Assembly: GCF_963921235.1 (NCBI RefSeq)
Contig: NC_086097.1
Coordinates: forward strand, 13,020,001-13,084,000
DNA from: Mobula hypostoma
Lineage: Eukaryota
Direction of reading: 5' to 3'
DNA: 64,000 bases
Shown piece by piece: positions 24,150 to 36,952 of this stretch (positions within the stretch are counted from its first letter, which is position 1; each line of letters starts with the position of its first letter). The notes below the pieces were generated by a model that worked only from the letters and a program-made list of their open reading frames with translations, was not told the origin of the DNA and did no database searches. A program made the translations under genes and the position numbers.

Positions 24150-25213
24150 GCTGGAAAAATGAGCAAAGGATTATCAAATTGAATTTCATTCAGTTAAGTG
24201 TGAAGTGATGCATTTTGGGAAGTTAAAACAGGGCAGGACATATACAGTAAATGACCAGGCCCTGGGGAGTGTTGTGTAATACACAGACCTAAGGATACTA
24301 GTACCGAGTTCTCTGAAACTATGAAAAGGGATTCTAAACTAGAAGGAAGAGGCTTAAGATGAGAGGGAAAGTGTCTAAAGGAGATGGAAGATCACATTGA
24401 GGGCTGTAGGAAAATGGAACAAGCTGATAGAGGAATTGGTAGAGGCAGGTATGTTTGCAAATCGTAAAGGAGATTTAGACAGGTACATAGGTAGGGAAGG
24501 TTTGGAGGGATTTGGCCCAAATACCCTGAAGGTTAACTTGCAGGTTGAGTCAGTGGTGAGGAAGGCAAATGCCAAGTTAGCATTCATTTCAGGAGGTCTA
24601 GAATACAAGAGCAAGAATGTGATGCCGAGGCTTTATAAGGCACAGGTGAGGCCTCACCTTGAGTATTGTGAACAGTTTTAGGCCCCTCAACTTAGAAAAG
24701 ATGTGCTGGCGTTGGAGAGGGTCCAGAGGAGGTTCACAAGGATGATTCCAGGAATGAAAGGGTTATCATATGAGGAACGTTTGAGTGCTCTGGGCCTGTA
24801 CACGCTGAAATTCAGAAGGATGAGGGGGGATCTCAATGAAAATTTTCGAATGTTGAAAGGCCTAGACAGAGTAGATGTGGGAAGGTTGTTTCCCACGGTG
24901 GGAGAGTTAGGACAAGAAGGCACAGACTCAGGATAGAGGGGCACCTTTGAAAACAGAAATGTGGAGAAATTTCTTTAGCCAAAGGGTGGAGAATTTTTGG
25001 AACTTGTTGCCACATACAACTGTGGAGGCCAGATTGTTGGGTATCTTTAAGGCAGAGACTGATAGGTTCTTGATTGAACATGGCATCAAAGGTTACAGGG
25101 AAAAGGCTGGGAACTGGAGTTGAGGAAGAAACAGAGAAAAGGATCAGCCATGATTGAATGGCGGATAGACTCGATGGGCCAAGTGGCCTAATTCTGCTCC
25201 TATGTCATATGGT
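24150..25213 (+). mobile_element. CR1 3' fragments (older 24150-24460, younger 24460-25213)
   Basis: RKANAKLAFISGGLEYKS..RPHLEYCEQF; LERVQRRFTRMIPGMKGLSYEERL; tail GGCCTAATTCTGCTCCTATGT. Confidence 0.9.
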
Positions 25214-26231
25214 ATCCACCACACTGCACACAGTTCTCTCTCACTTGGACAACAAAGACATTTATGCCAGAATCCTGTACATTGATTTCAGTTCAGCGTT
25301 CAATGCCATCATCCCGCAGAGACTAGTGGAGAAATTGTCGCTGCTTGGCCTTAGCACTGCCATGTGTCGCTGGATTCTGGATTTCTTGACAGAGAGACCA
25401 CAGTCAGTCCGTGTTGGCAGGAACATTTCTGACTCCATCACGCTGAGCACTGGATTCCCACAAGGCTGTGTGCTTAGCCCATTGCTGTTTACACTGCTAA
25501 CACATGACTGGGCAGCCCGATTCAAGGAGAACCTGATCATTAAATTTGCTGATGATACCACAGTGGTGGGGCTCATCAGCAAAAATGATGAAATAATGTA
25601 CAGGGAGGAGGTCAAACACCTAGAGAGCTGGTGCAGGGATAACAACTTGATGCTTAATGTCACCAAAACCAAGGAGATGATTGTCGATTTCAGACGGTCT
25701 CAGCCTGAGCACACACCCCTCAGCATCAGCGGCTCCACAGTGGAGAGAGTGGAAAACATCAAGTTCCTTGGGGTGCAGATCTCGGACAATCTCACCTGGT
25801 CCAGGAACACCATTGGGATTGTGAAACGGGCACAGCAGAGATTGCACTTTCTGAGGAAGCTTAAACAAGCATCACTCCCCACTAACATCTTAGCTACATT
25901 CTACAGAGACGTGGTTGAGAGTGTGCTGACCTTTTGCATCACAACCTGGTACTCCAGCTGCAGTGCTGTTGACAAAAAAGCCTTGCAGAGGGTGGTTAGG
26001 GGAGCAGAGAAGGTTATTGGCGTCTCCTTACCTTCTGTCCAAGACCTCTTTCAGAGTCGATGCCTCCAGAAGACACGGTACATCATTAAAGACCCCTCAC
26101 ACCCTCTCCATGAACTGTTTGTTCTTCTGCCATCAGGCAAACGTTACAGGAGCATCAAAACTAAAACCACAAGGCTACTAAACAGCTTCCTCCCACAGGC
26201 AGTCAGACTGCTAAATAGCTGCTCCACCTGA
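25214..26231 (+). CDS. Reverse transcriptase (RT core and C-terminal domain) of Rex1/Babar LINE, partial, no native start
   Basis: [57 protein letters not shown]. The first about 19 aa of the track ORF come from the CR1 tail. Confidence 0.9.
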
Positions 26232-26450
26232 CTCTGCTTTGGACACTTTTAACTTGCACTGGACACTTATAACTGATTTAACTGACATGTGGCTGTTGTG
26301 TTTTACTATTTATTGTTATGTTTATTATTTAGTGTTACGTTTGTTATGTTATGATTGCACTGCCCCTGAGGAACGCTGTCTCATTCTGCCCTGCAGAGCT
26401 GATGTATGGTTAGAATGACAATGATGTTTTTTGAATCTGAATCTTGAATC
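25214..26450 (+). mobile_element. Young 5'-truncated Rex1/Babar LINE inserted in a CR1 tail
   Basis: Uninterrupted ORF plus a 3'UTR ending in TGAATC(T) repeats; TATGGT is repeated at both junctions. Confidence 0.9.
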
Positions 26451-27680
26451 TTATGGTCTAAATATGAGCAAGTGGAACTAGTTCAGGTAAGCACTTTGGT
26501 CCATCAGAAGAAGGAATATGGAACTTACTTTCTTCTTATTGCTATCATTGCAGTGGGGTGGTATCTCAACAAATTTCAAGACATAACAGTGATATTATAT
26601 CTGATTCTGATTCTGATTCTAGTTCTGGTCAGCATGGAAGAGCTAAGACAACATAATTACCCCGAAGAAGGGTCTCGGAGCGAAACGTTGACTGTCTACT
26701 CTTTTCCACAGATACTGCCTGACCTGCTGAGTTCCTCCACCATTTTGTGTCTGTTGCTTTGTACTTCCAACATCTGCATATTTTCTCATGTTTACGGTTG
26801 TTTTCTGTACAGTTTGACTCTTTGACTCTAGGCCTTTTCTCTTTTTATAAGTTATAAGATTATCAAGTAGTTTTGTAACTGAACTTGGAAACCCTAGGAG
26901 GGTTCATAAAGGGTGTCAATCCTATCCACTCTCAGGAAATCCTGATGTGAGGGGCATTGGTACGAGCTTATGGAGGACTACTTTACTGAGACTACATTCA
27001 CGCAGAAGTAAATGGAGTTTAAACTAAAGCACATATACTTGTCCAACAAAAGGTACACTGTTTTATACTTGTTAAATTAAATTCTCATAATCGATGTCTA
27101 ATATTTCATGTATAAATAGATTCAAAGCCCAGAGGCATGCTGAAGACTGTGGGAGAAGAAAAACTTGCTTGTGTGAAAATACCTGTCGTATCTTGCTAGA
27201 TACAGCTGCACCTAATGAATGCATATGATATATTGTAATCAATCAAGATTTCCTCCTCTGCTGCCCCAGGTCTGGGTGTAGGTCTGTAATAAGGTGACCA
27301 AGTCTACTGGGCATTCCACAGCAGCACAAAGCCAACAAACTGCCTCTGCATTTCAGTGATGAGTCAGTAATTTATAAATCCGCATTTAATTGATTCTTTC
27401 TTGTTACATTGTCCCCACTGACAGATAAATGATGGATTGTTCATCTGCATGCTAACTATCAATATGCTTTCAGATTGAATAGCTACTTTTGGGAAGATTT
27501 CACCTGCAGGTAGTCTTGTCAAGGCTATCCAAGACTATTCTTTTTAAAGAGGCAGGTTTTGAAGACGTGGCTCTATCTCCACTCTTTCCAAAAGCCCATG
27601 AAGTGCTTCAAACTTACCTGGCCAGGTACAACCTTCCATCCCTCCATTCTTTATAAGAACCTTACAGAGTGTGTGTTTGG

Positions 27681-27743
27681 TGTGGTGTGGTGTGGTGTGG
27701 TGTGGTGTGGTGTGGTGTGGTGTGGTGTGGTGTGGTGTGGTGT

Positions 27744-27811
<68 letters not shown>

Positions 27812-27846
27812 TGAGGGGGGAGAGTGACACAGAGAGAGAGAGAGAA
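27681..27846. repeat. Compound microsatellite (TGTGG)13-(TG)n-(GA)n
   Basis: Read directly from the sequence. Confidence 0.98.
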
Positions 27847-27999
27847 TATCATACATCAGTATTATATCCTTTTTACATTTGTTACCTTAACTGAAGAATA
27901 AAGAATATTGGTTCCAGAATTACAGCTGGCTGGATACAGACAATTGTATCCATACCTAAAGAGGGATATACTTACCTAGTAATCGGTCCAGCATAGATT

Positions 28000-28385
28000 A
28001 TTTTGGTTAATTCCTAGAATATGGGACACCGGCCCAAAAACATGGAATTTAGCGGAATGAGTGATGATCTCACTAGGATATATAGAGGACATTTGCTGGG
28101 ATGCTGCCTGAATTAGAGAGCAGGTCTTATGAGGAAAGGTAAGTTGGGAGCTGACTTGACAGAGGTGTAAAAGATGATAAAAAAACATTGACTAAGTGGA
28201 CTGCCTGAGACTTTTCTGCAGGATGGAAATGGGGCCTAATTTTAAGGTGATTGGAGGGAAGTATAGAGGAGATGTCAGAAGTAGTTTTTTTATTCAGAGA
28301 GTAGTGTGTTGCTTGGAACCCCCATCAGGGGTGATATTAGAAGCAGGTACATTGGAGACATTTATGAAATTCTTAGATAAAGACC
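28000..28385 (+). mobile_element. Old CR1 3' fragment
   Basis: FKVIGGKYRGDVRSSFFIQRVV. Confidence 0.7.
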
Positions 28386-28389
28386 ACAA

Positions 28390-29610
28390 ATGAAGCTGTG
28401 CCTTCTGGTCCTAGATTCCCCAATACAGGAAACATCCTCTCCACCTCCACTCTATCTTGGTCTTTCAACATTTGAAGAGTTTCAATGTCATCTCCCTTCA
28501 TTCTTCTAATCTCCAGTGAGTACAAGCCCTGAGCCATCAAACACTCCTCATATAATAAGCCTTTCACACCCAAAATCATTTTTGTGAACCTCCTCTGAAC
28601 CCTTCCAATGCCAGCACATTCTCTCTTCAATAAGGGTCCCAAAACTGCTCACAATGCTCCTAGTGAGGCTTCACCAGTGTGTTATAAAGCCCCAGTATTA
28701 CATCCTTTCATTTATACTCCAGACCTCTCAAAATGGACGCCAAGGTTAAGGAAACCATGCTGACTTTGACCTGCTTTATCATGTGCCTCCAAGTACCTTG
28801 TGTCATATTCTTAACAATCGACTCCAACATCTTCCCAACACTGAGGTCAGGTTAGCTGGCCGATAACTTGCTTTCTTGCACCTCCCTCCATTCTTGAAGA
28901 ATGGAATGACATTTGCAATTTTCCAGTCCTCTAGAACCATGCCAGAATCCAGTGATTCTTGAAAAATCATTACCAATGCCTCCACTATTTCCACAGCCAC
29001 CTCTTTCTGAAACCTAAGGTGAAGTCCATCTGGTCCAGGTAACTTATCCACCTTCAAACCTCAGGAATTCTGCAGATGCTGGAAATTCAAGCAACACACA
29101 TCTGAAACATCGACTGTACCTCCTCCTAGAGATGCTGCCTGGCCTGCTGTGTTTACCAGCAATTTTGATGTGTGCCACCTTCAAACCTTTCAGCTTCCTA
29201 AGCACTTACTCCCTAGTAATAGCACTTGCATTCACTTCATTCCCTTGACACTCTCGAACTTCCAGCATACTGCTCGAGTCTTCCACAGTGAAGATGAATG
29301 CAAAGTACTTATTTAGTTATCCCACCATTTCCTTGTCCCCATTATTACCCCTTCAGCATTATTTTCCAGTGGTCTGACATCTTCTTACACCTTTCTTTTA
29401 CTCTTTATATATCTTAAAAAAAACTTTTGGTATCGCCTTTGATATTACTGGCCAGCTTACCATCATATTTCATCTTTTCCCTCTTCATGGCTTTTTTAGT
29501 TGCTTTCTGTTGGTTTTTAAAAGCTCTCCAATCCTCTAAGTTACGAGTGATTTTTACTTTATTATATGCCCTATTCTGTGACTGTATCTATCCTGCACCT
29601 TAATAAAGCC
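28390..29610 (-). mobile_element. CR1 ORF2 fragments with internal deletions
   Basis: KVDKLPGPDGLHLRFQKEVA..EDWKIANVIPFFK; RVQRRFTKMILG. Confidence 0.85.
29062..29174. mobile_element. 113-bp Penelope terminal-repeat-derived insertion with two inverted halves
   Basis: 14-bp TSD CCACCTTCAAACCT at 29048-29061 and 29175-29188. Confidence 0.85.
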
Positions 29611-30589
29611 TCAATATTACATCCCTGCTTTTTTGAATTAATTGTGAATGCCCACAAGAAAATGAACCTCAGGGTGACATATACAGTATGTACTTTGGTA
29701 ATAAATTTTCTTTGAAATTTGTTTTACGTGATGTACCGATCAATATCCACAACTCTCTGCAGTTTTTTTTAATGATCTTTTTTGTGTTTGGATTCAAACA
29801 CGCGTTGCCTGTTCAAATGATCAGGGCTCCAAATGCTAGTCCTGTAATTTAACATCCTGTGGAGGCTAGTCATTGGGTATGTTTAAGGCAGAGTTTGATA
29901 GATGCTTAATATGTAAGCAGGTTAAGAAGGAAGGAGAATGGGGTTGACGAAAAGATACCAGCAATGATGATTGATGGCAGATTAGACTCAGAGGGCCAAA
30001 GGTTCTCATTCTGCTCTTATGTCTTATGGGCTTTTCAGCCAACAATTGCTCAACCCTTAGAAGCCATTTGACAGTAATTGAACAAGAGCAGTGAATGTTT
30101 ATGACAATTCAGCTTGCTTTAACATGGAAAAAAACATCAGCATGTGCACCCAACCCTGGAAGCTTTGGATAAGGCCAAGAATGACTTTTGCTGCAAACTC
30201 GAGAAATTCCTGGCCCACGTCCCAAAGGGAAACAAACTAATCCATCTGTCCAACTGCAACACCAGGTGTGTAAAGGCATGAGCAGCTGGCAAGCTGGTAT
30301 CAGCAAGGAAGGAATAGGGAAGGCTAACTCCAACAGGATTCATTTCCTGACAATATGCTTGATAGTCAGTTTTGTCATAACCAACACCTGTTTGTTGTCA
30401 AGGAGGCAAGCATGTGACCTTCTGACAACATTCCTGCTCAAGCAAAAAAAAACAAAATGCTGAAGGAACTAACGGGTCTGTGGAGGGAAATTAACAATCA
30501 ATGCTTCCATTTGAGACCCTTCACGAATTATTAGATTATCACCATTATGGCATGGAGCTGTGAAATTCAGATTTCAGTTCTGGTAACCT

Positions 30590-31190
30590 ATGTTCTTCAC
30601 ATGTGCACATGGGTTTCCACCCGGTGCTTCCATTTCCTTCTGCTTTCCAAAGACATGCCAAGTAATCAGCTAACTGGTCATTGTAAACTGTCCTGTGATT
30701 AGTGTCGTAAAGTGAAGACTTAGCTGATAATATAGAGTAGCCATTTATTCGTCAAAATGAGACACAGCTGGCATTGATACCCTTTCAGATGAAGAGACCT
30801 GTTCAGTTCAATATCACATGACATTTTATATGCTAAAGCTCAAAGGACAATTCTATATTTACGATGTATTCCTTTGAATTACATTTAACTGCACCCACAC
30901 TCCAGACACCCAAATGAATGCTAAATCAGCACTGTCTGGCTTTCCAATTAACCATGGTTCACCTGCTCTTCAGAACCCATTGTCCGGAGCTGCATTTAAA
31001 ATTTAATCTACAGTCCATATTCAGATCTGGTGGCTGAAGTTAGTTGCTGAAGTTAATAGTTAATACTTTATCATATGTCATAACCGCAAAAGCACCCTAA
31101 CAATTAGGCTAAGGTTAAATTGGTGGGTTGCTGGGCTTTGTGGCCTGGAAAGGTCTTTTCAAAGCTGTAAGGAAATGAAATAAATAAATC
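30590..31190 (+). mobile_element. HE1-like V-SINE split by a solo LTR
   Basis: GGGTTTCCACCCGGTGC..CCAAAGAC..TGTCCTGTGATTAG | GCTAAGGTTAAAT. Confidence 0.7.
30703..31102. mobile_element. Solo LTR, 400 bp
   Basis: TGT...ACA termini; 5-bp TSD ATTAG at 30698-30702 and 31103-31107. Confidence 0.75.
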
Positions 31191-31854
31191 TAAACTGAAT
31201 GCTATAAGGAAGGTAGATATTAGAAAGAGGTTTAGGGAAGGAGTAGAGCAAGAGCTGGCAAGTGATAGATGGATCATGGTGTTAGGCAGATGGAGGAAGG
31301 GAAAAATAGGAATAGTACCACTGGACGGATAGTCTATCTCTTCAGTTGGATACAGAGGGAGCAAATTAGGGGAGAGAGGTGTCAGATCTGCAGAGTCTTG
31401 TAACTGTGATTCAAGCACTGGATACCATTAGATTATATCTTCACCCAAGTGAGCAATCACAAAGGTACTCACATCACCAGTGTCAGAGCAAGTACAAGTG
31501 GCTGCTTGTCTGAGCAGCCCCGAATTCACTCTTTTACCTCCAGCAATCTGGCCACAAAACAGCAGCATTGGGAGCAACATTGCCACCTGAAGATCAATGC
31601 TAAAGCTCTGTGATGCCACAACCAGAGTCCTTCTCCTCACATACAGCCTGTGAACTCCCAGCTGGTAAGAGTATCAACAACCTTATGGGTTTGCGAGAAA
31701 ATCACCATGACCGGTACCTACAAAGTGATTCTTGTTTTCTCCACCAAAAACAGCCAAGAATGATCAAGAGATCATGGGAGGAGGGAAGCAAATAACTCGA
31801 GCTCTTCCAGCTCCATCTGTGGAAGAGTCAATGATTCCCGTTTTAGCTTAGAAT

Positions 31855-33050
31855 ACAAGATCATAAGACACAGGAACAAAATTAGGCATTCAGCCGATTA
31901 AATCTACTCTATCATACCATCATGGCTGATCTATTGTCCATCTCAACTTCATTCTCCTGCCTTCTCCCCGTAACCTTTAAAACCCTGACTAATCAATAAT
32001 CTATCAACTTCGTCCTTAGATATACCCAATGGCTTGGGCTCTGCAGTCATCTAAGGCAATTCATTCCACGTATTTACCACTCTCTGGCTAAGAAATTCCT
32101 CATCCTTTCTGTAGAAAAAGGGACAACCTTCTATTAAGAAGCTCTGCCTTATGTGACTCTTAACAAAACTGGATAAAGATCTTATCTCAAAATGTCAAGT
32201 GTTCATCTCCACAGATAGCGTCTGATCTGTCATGTTCCTCTCGTTCGAGACTCTCCTACAATAAGAGACAACCTATCCATGCCCACTCTGTCTAGGCCTT
32301 AAATGTCACATTGGAACACAAAAAACTGAAATGGACGCCAGTCACCATCCATCCAGGGGGATTGCCTAAAGAGAAGTTATACTGTTATCCTTAAGCTGGA
32401 GTTCTGCAGATGTATACCCTGTAGTGATGTGTGGAATTTTGTTCTGTACTTCAGTAAAGAATTGTCCAAGTCAAGTTTCACACTGACATTTGACAAATGC
32501 CCGGCAGCATTCGCTTGTAGAGAGCTTCCTGCATTGTCAGCTGCTCCACATGAGGCTGGGCATGTTTTGGCAATTACTGTTCCGATGATATAAAGTTACA
32601 TTCCAAACGAGTGCTGGGCAAAACTTCTTGCAATTGCATTCACATGACTGATCCTGTGCATGAAGTTCAATCAAAACCATTTCTCTCTCGATGACTCCAC
32701 ATGGTATTGTCGCATAAATTGAGGTACGGTAAGAAATCTTCATTTCGACCATAGGACATAGGAGCACAATTAGGCTATTTGACCCTTCGAATCTGCTCCA
32801 CCATTTAATCATGGCTGATCCATTTTCCTCTCAGCCCCAATCTCCTGCCTTCTCCCCGTATCCCTTCATGCCCTGACCAATCAAAAATCTATCAACCTCT
32901 ACCGTAAATACACATGAAAGCTTGGTCTCCACAGCTGCCTGTGGCAATGGACTCACCGGCTAAAGAAATTCCTCATCATCTCCATCCTAAAAGGACGCCC
33001 CTCTATTCTGAGGCTCCAGTCTTCCACCCTCCGTCCAGAAGAAGCACTTG
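31855..33050 (-). mobile_element. Two CR1 3' ends (31855-32300 and 32745-33050) around a unique spacer
   Basis: CATAAGACA.AGGA.CA.AATTAGGC..CATGGCTGATC tail motifs. Confidence 0.75.
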
Positions 33051-33129
33051 TAGTTCTTGCATGCAGAATATTTTCAAAAAAGGTGGTACAAAGAGAAACT
33101 ATTATTTTTTTAAATCTGATTTGGTGGAG

Positions 33130-33392
33130 TTGTTTGGAGCCATGCCACCCTACCAACCTGTAAAGCTGATTAACCCTAACCTAATCATGGCATACTTTAC
33201 AATGACCAATTGACCTACTCAGTAGGACTTTGGACTGTGGGAGGCAAATGGAGGACGTGGAGGAAACCCACACATTCCACAGGGAGGACATACAGACACT
33301 CCTTACAGAATGGTGCAGGAATTGAACTCTGAACTTTGGTAAATCCTGAACTGCTATAGTGTTGCACTAATCTCTATGCTACCATGGTGCCC
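33130..33392 (-). mobile_element. HE1-like V-SINE
   Basis: CTTTGGACTGTGGGAGG..GGAGGAAACCCAC. Confidence 0.75.
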
Positions 33393-33584
33393 ATAAAATG
33401 CAATAACAGAATCTATAAAGTGGATTTTTTAAAGATTATTTTTATTTGTCACATGTACAAAATTTCAAAACATACTGTGAAATGTGTAATTTCCGTCAAA
33501 TAAAATCAGCAAGGATCGTGCTGGGCTGGTGTACTTTTGGCACCAACATAGCAGCCCCACAACTCACTATGGTCTTACCATACA

Positions 33585-33985
33585 AGAACATAGAACATAG
33601 AATAGTACAGAACAGTACAGGCCCTTCAGCCCACAATGTTGTGCCGACCCTCAAACCCTGCCTCCCATATAAGCCCCCACCTTAAATTCCTCCATATACC
33701 TGTCTAGTAGTCTCTTAAACTTCACTAGTGTATCTGCCTCCACCACTGACTCAGGCAGTGCATTCCATGCACCAACCACTCTCTGAGTAAAAAACCTTCC
33801 TCTAATATTCCCCTTGAACTTCCCACCCCTTACCTTAAAGCCACGTCCTCTTGTATTGAGCAGTGGTGCGCTGGGGATGAGGTGCTGGCTATCCACTCTA
33901 TCCATTCCTCTTATTATCTTGTACACCTCTATCATGTGTCCTCTCATCCTCCTTCTCTCTAAAGAGTAAAGCCCTAGCTCCCTTC
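33585..33985 (-). mobile_element. Young CR1 3' end
   Basis: ELGLYSLERRRMRGHMIEVYKI..FFTQRVVGAWNALP; tail AGAACATAGAACATAGAA. Confidence 0.9.
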
Positions 33986-34264
33986 TATGACAGAGATCTG
34001 TCATAGAGTCTTATAATCATGAGACAGAAGCTGTCTTTGAGTCTGGCGGTGTGTGTTCTCAAGCTTTTACCTGTAGAATGGGGAGAAAAGAAAGAATGAC
34101 CAGAGTGGGAGTGGTGTCTTTGATTATGATAATTCATTTAATCAGGTTTGGAATACTTTCATTTCCTTGTTTGTACATCAGCCAGGTTCCGCCTCTCCTT
34201 CAATGCCTTTTCAAAGTTCAAAGTGAAATTGTTATCTACATATATTTATTATCTATTTATATGT

Positions 34265-34722
34265 CACTATCGTCGTCGTCGTTGTCATTGTCATGGTGGC
34301 TATCCCTCGAGGTCGAGGATGAGATGGTCTTCGTTCTGTTGATCTACTTATGGGCTTATGAGTCCAATCTTGGCTTTGAAAGTTCTTCCACATTCAGGAC
34401 AGGTAGTTCCAGATGGCAGATCAGGGTTTGGTTGTTGCTGCCTCTCTTTCCATTTTCTTCTCTTTTCTTCTAATTCTGCACATCTGTTGGCTTCGAAAGT
34501 TGCTGTTCCTTCTCGGATGATGGCTTGTCAGAGTTTCCTGTCCTTGGCATTGGTTTCCCAACTGTTGATGTCGATGTTACATTTCTTCATGTTGGCTCTT
34601 AAGACGTCTTTGAATCTCTTCTATTGTCCTTCTTTAAGCTGGGAGTAGAAGATTTGTTTCGGCAGACGTTCGTCTTTCATCCGAACAACATGACCGCTCC
34701 ATCTTAGTTGTTGTTGTTGAAA
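34265..34722 (-). mobile_element. RTE-clade LINE 3' end
   Basis: QLRWSGHVVRMKDERLPKQIFYSQL...TCPECGRTFKAKIGLIS (C-terminal zinc finger); (GAC)n tail. Confidence 0.85.
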
Positions 34723-34724
34723 AT

Positions 34725-35380
34725 TGAGATTCATTTTCTTGTGGGCATTCACTGTAAATACAAAGAAATGCCATAGAATCAATGAAAAACTGCACACAAA
34801 ACAAAAAAACAATGTGCGAAAGACAACAAACAGTGCAAATACAAAGAGAAAAAAAGGAACAACATATTATTAATAATTAATAAATAAGTAAGCAAATAAT
34901 ATTGAGAACGCGACTTATAGAGTCATTGAAAGTGAGTTCATAGGTTGGGGATTCAGTTTTTTAAACTTACTTTATTTCTTATTTATTTATTGACATACAG
35001 ACGATGTTGTAGTAAGTGGAGTGAAGTTACCACTCTGGTTCAAGCGCCTGATGGTTGAGGGGCAATAACTGTTCCTGAGTCTGGAGGTGGGCTGGGGAGG
35101 GATCCTAAGGCTTCTCCACCTCCTTCCTGATGGCAGCAACAAGAATAAAGCATGGCCTGAATAGTGGCAATCCTTAATGATGGATGCTGCTTTTCTACAA
35201 CAGCCCTCCTTGTAGATAAGCTCAATGGTGGGGAAGTTTTTTTCCATGATGGACTGGGCTATATTGACTACTTTTTGTAGGTGTTTGCATTCAATGACAT
35301 TGGTATTTCCATGTCAGGCTGTGATGCTAGCAGTCAGTATACTCTCCACTGCTCATTTGTAGAAGTTTGTCAAAGTTCAC
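34725..35380 (-). mobile_element. Rex1/Babar 3' end with an empty TAA tract
   Basis: RKAASIIKDCHYSGHALFLLLPSGRR plus a 3'UTR containing AATAATTAATAAATAAGTAAGCAAATAATATTGAGAAC. Confidence 0.8.
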
Positions 35381-35659
35381 AGGCAACATTGGGTCATCCT
35401 GGGATTTGTCTGCTGTTTCAGACACTGTATTTGGTAAGTTCTCATCCACTGTATGTAATGTGTGATCACATTTTCACTTACAGCATCAAATTCTCATGCA
35501 GTAGCCTGGACAGAACATCTGTGTTAGCATTCTGAACTAAAGCCAGGAAATTCTGGAAACACTCAGCAGGTCTGTGAAAAGAGAAACAGATTTCCACAGT
35601 TGCTCCTTGAAATGCTGAGTGTTTCCAGAATTTTCTGTTATTATTCCTGACTTCCAGCA

Positions 35660-35985
35660 CATAGAACATCGAACATAGAACATAGAACAGTACAGCACAG
35701 GAACAGGCTCATGGTGTTGTGCTGAACCAATTAAATTATAATTAGATGGCCAACTAAACGAATCCCCTCTGCTTACACAATGTCCATATCTTTTATTTTC
35801 CACACTTTCATGTGCCGTTCTAAATACCTCTGAAAAGTCCCTCATGTTTATACCTCCATCACAACCCCAAGCAGCACACCTCAAACACCCACCATTCTCT
35901 GTGTAAAAAAACTTGCCCCTCACATCTCTTTTGAACCTACACCCTCTCGTGTTAAATACATTTCAAACCTGGGGAAAATACATGC
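35660..35985 (-). mobile_element. CR1 3' end
   Basis: (CATAGAA)n tail; RGKFFYTE. Confidence 0.75.
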
Positions 35986-36314
35986 TGCTTTTTTTTTCTT
36001 GATTTTCATGTTATTGTATTCTGCTTGGATTTTCTGAACTTAAGTAGACAGTCACACATCTTTGCCTCCTTGATACCACCATGGTAGGTATCACTGATTT
36101 TCAACCCAGTATCATTTGGAACAGCTAATGATATTCTAACAGATTAAAGGATCTGCCTTTAAGGGGAGAGCAAAAAAAAACGATGGATTATCTTGATTAC
36201 AAACGGCACTTCCAAATGCTTCCGTCTCATTTTGTGCTCACTCCTTCTGAGCGTGGATGAAGCTAAGAGAAACAAAGTGATGGTTTCCTCTTGCCCGCCA
36301 TGCATCAAATGTAA

Positions 36315-36952
36315 CATGAGAAAATCTGCAGATGCTACACATCCAGAGCAACACACACAAAATGCTGGAGCAACTCAGCAGGTCAGGCAGCATCCATGGA
36401 GGTCAATAAGCAGATAGCATTTTGGGCTGAGACCCTTCTTCGGGACTGGAAAGGAAGGGGGAGGACATCAGAGTAAAAAGGCAGGAGGAGGGGAATGATA
36501 ACTAGCTGCAAGGAGATAGGTGAAGCAGGTGTTTTGGAAAGATAAAGGGCTGAAGATAAAGGAGTCTGATACGAGAGGAGATTGGGCCATAGGAGAAAAG
36601 GAAGGGGGGGGGGAGTGATAAGCAGGTGAGATGAGTTAAGAGGCCAGAGTGGGAATAGAAGACAAGGGGGACAAGGGGAGGGGAGATAAATACTACTTTT
36701 TTTTTACCAGAAGTATAAATTGATATTCATGCCATCAGGTTTGTGGGCACCCAGACAGAATATAAGGTGTTGCTCCTCCACCTTGAGGGTGGCCTCATCT
36801 TGGCACAAGTTGGAATAGGGATGGGACTTGGAATTAAAATGTTTGGCCACCGAGAATTTCAGCTTGTAGTGGATGGAGCAGGGATAGTCGACGAAGTGGT
36901 CCCTCAGTTTACGACAGGTCTCACCAGTGGAGAGGAGGCCACATCAGGAGAT
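36315..36952 (-). mobile_element. Penelope-like element 3' part
   Basis: Collinear with 23362-23970. Confidence 0.8.

Noticed and set aside
27544..27894. His/Thr-rich and Cys/Val-rich ORFs
   Set aside because: Translations of a compound microsatellite.
32435..32735. Plus-strand acceptor/donor pair in unique DNA
   Set aside because: The best frame stops internally and resembles no known protein; no support without transcripts.
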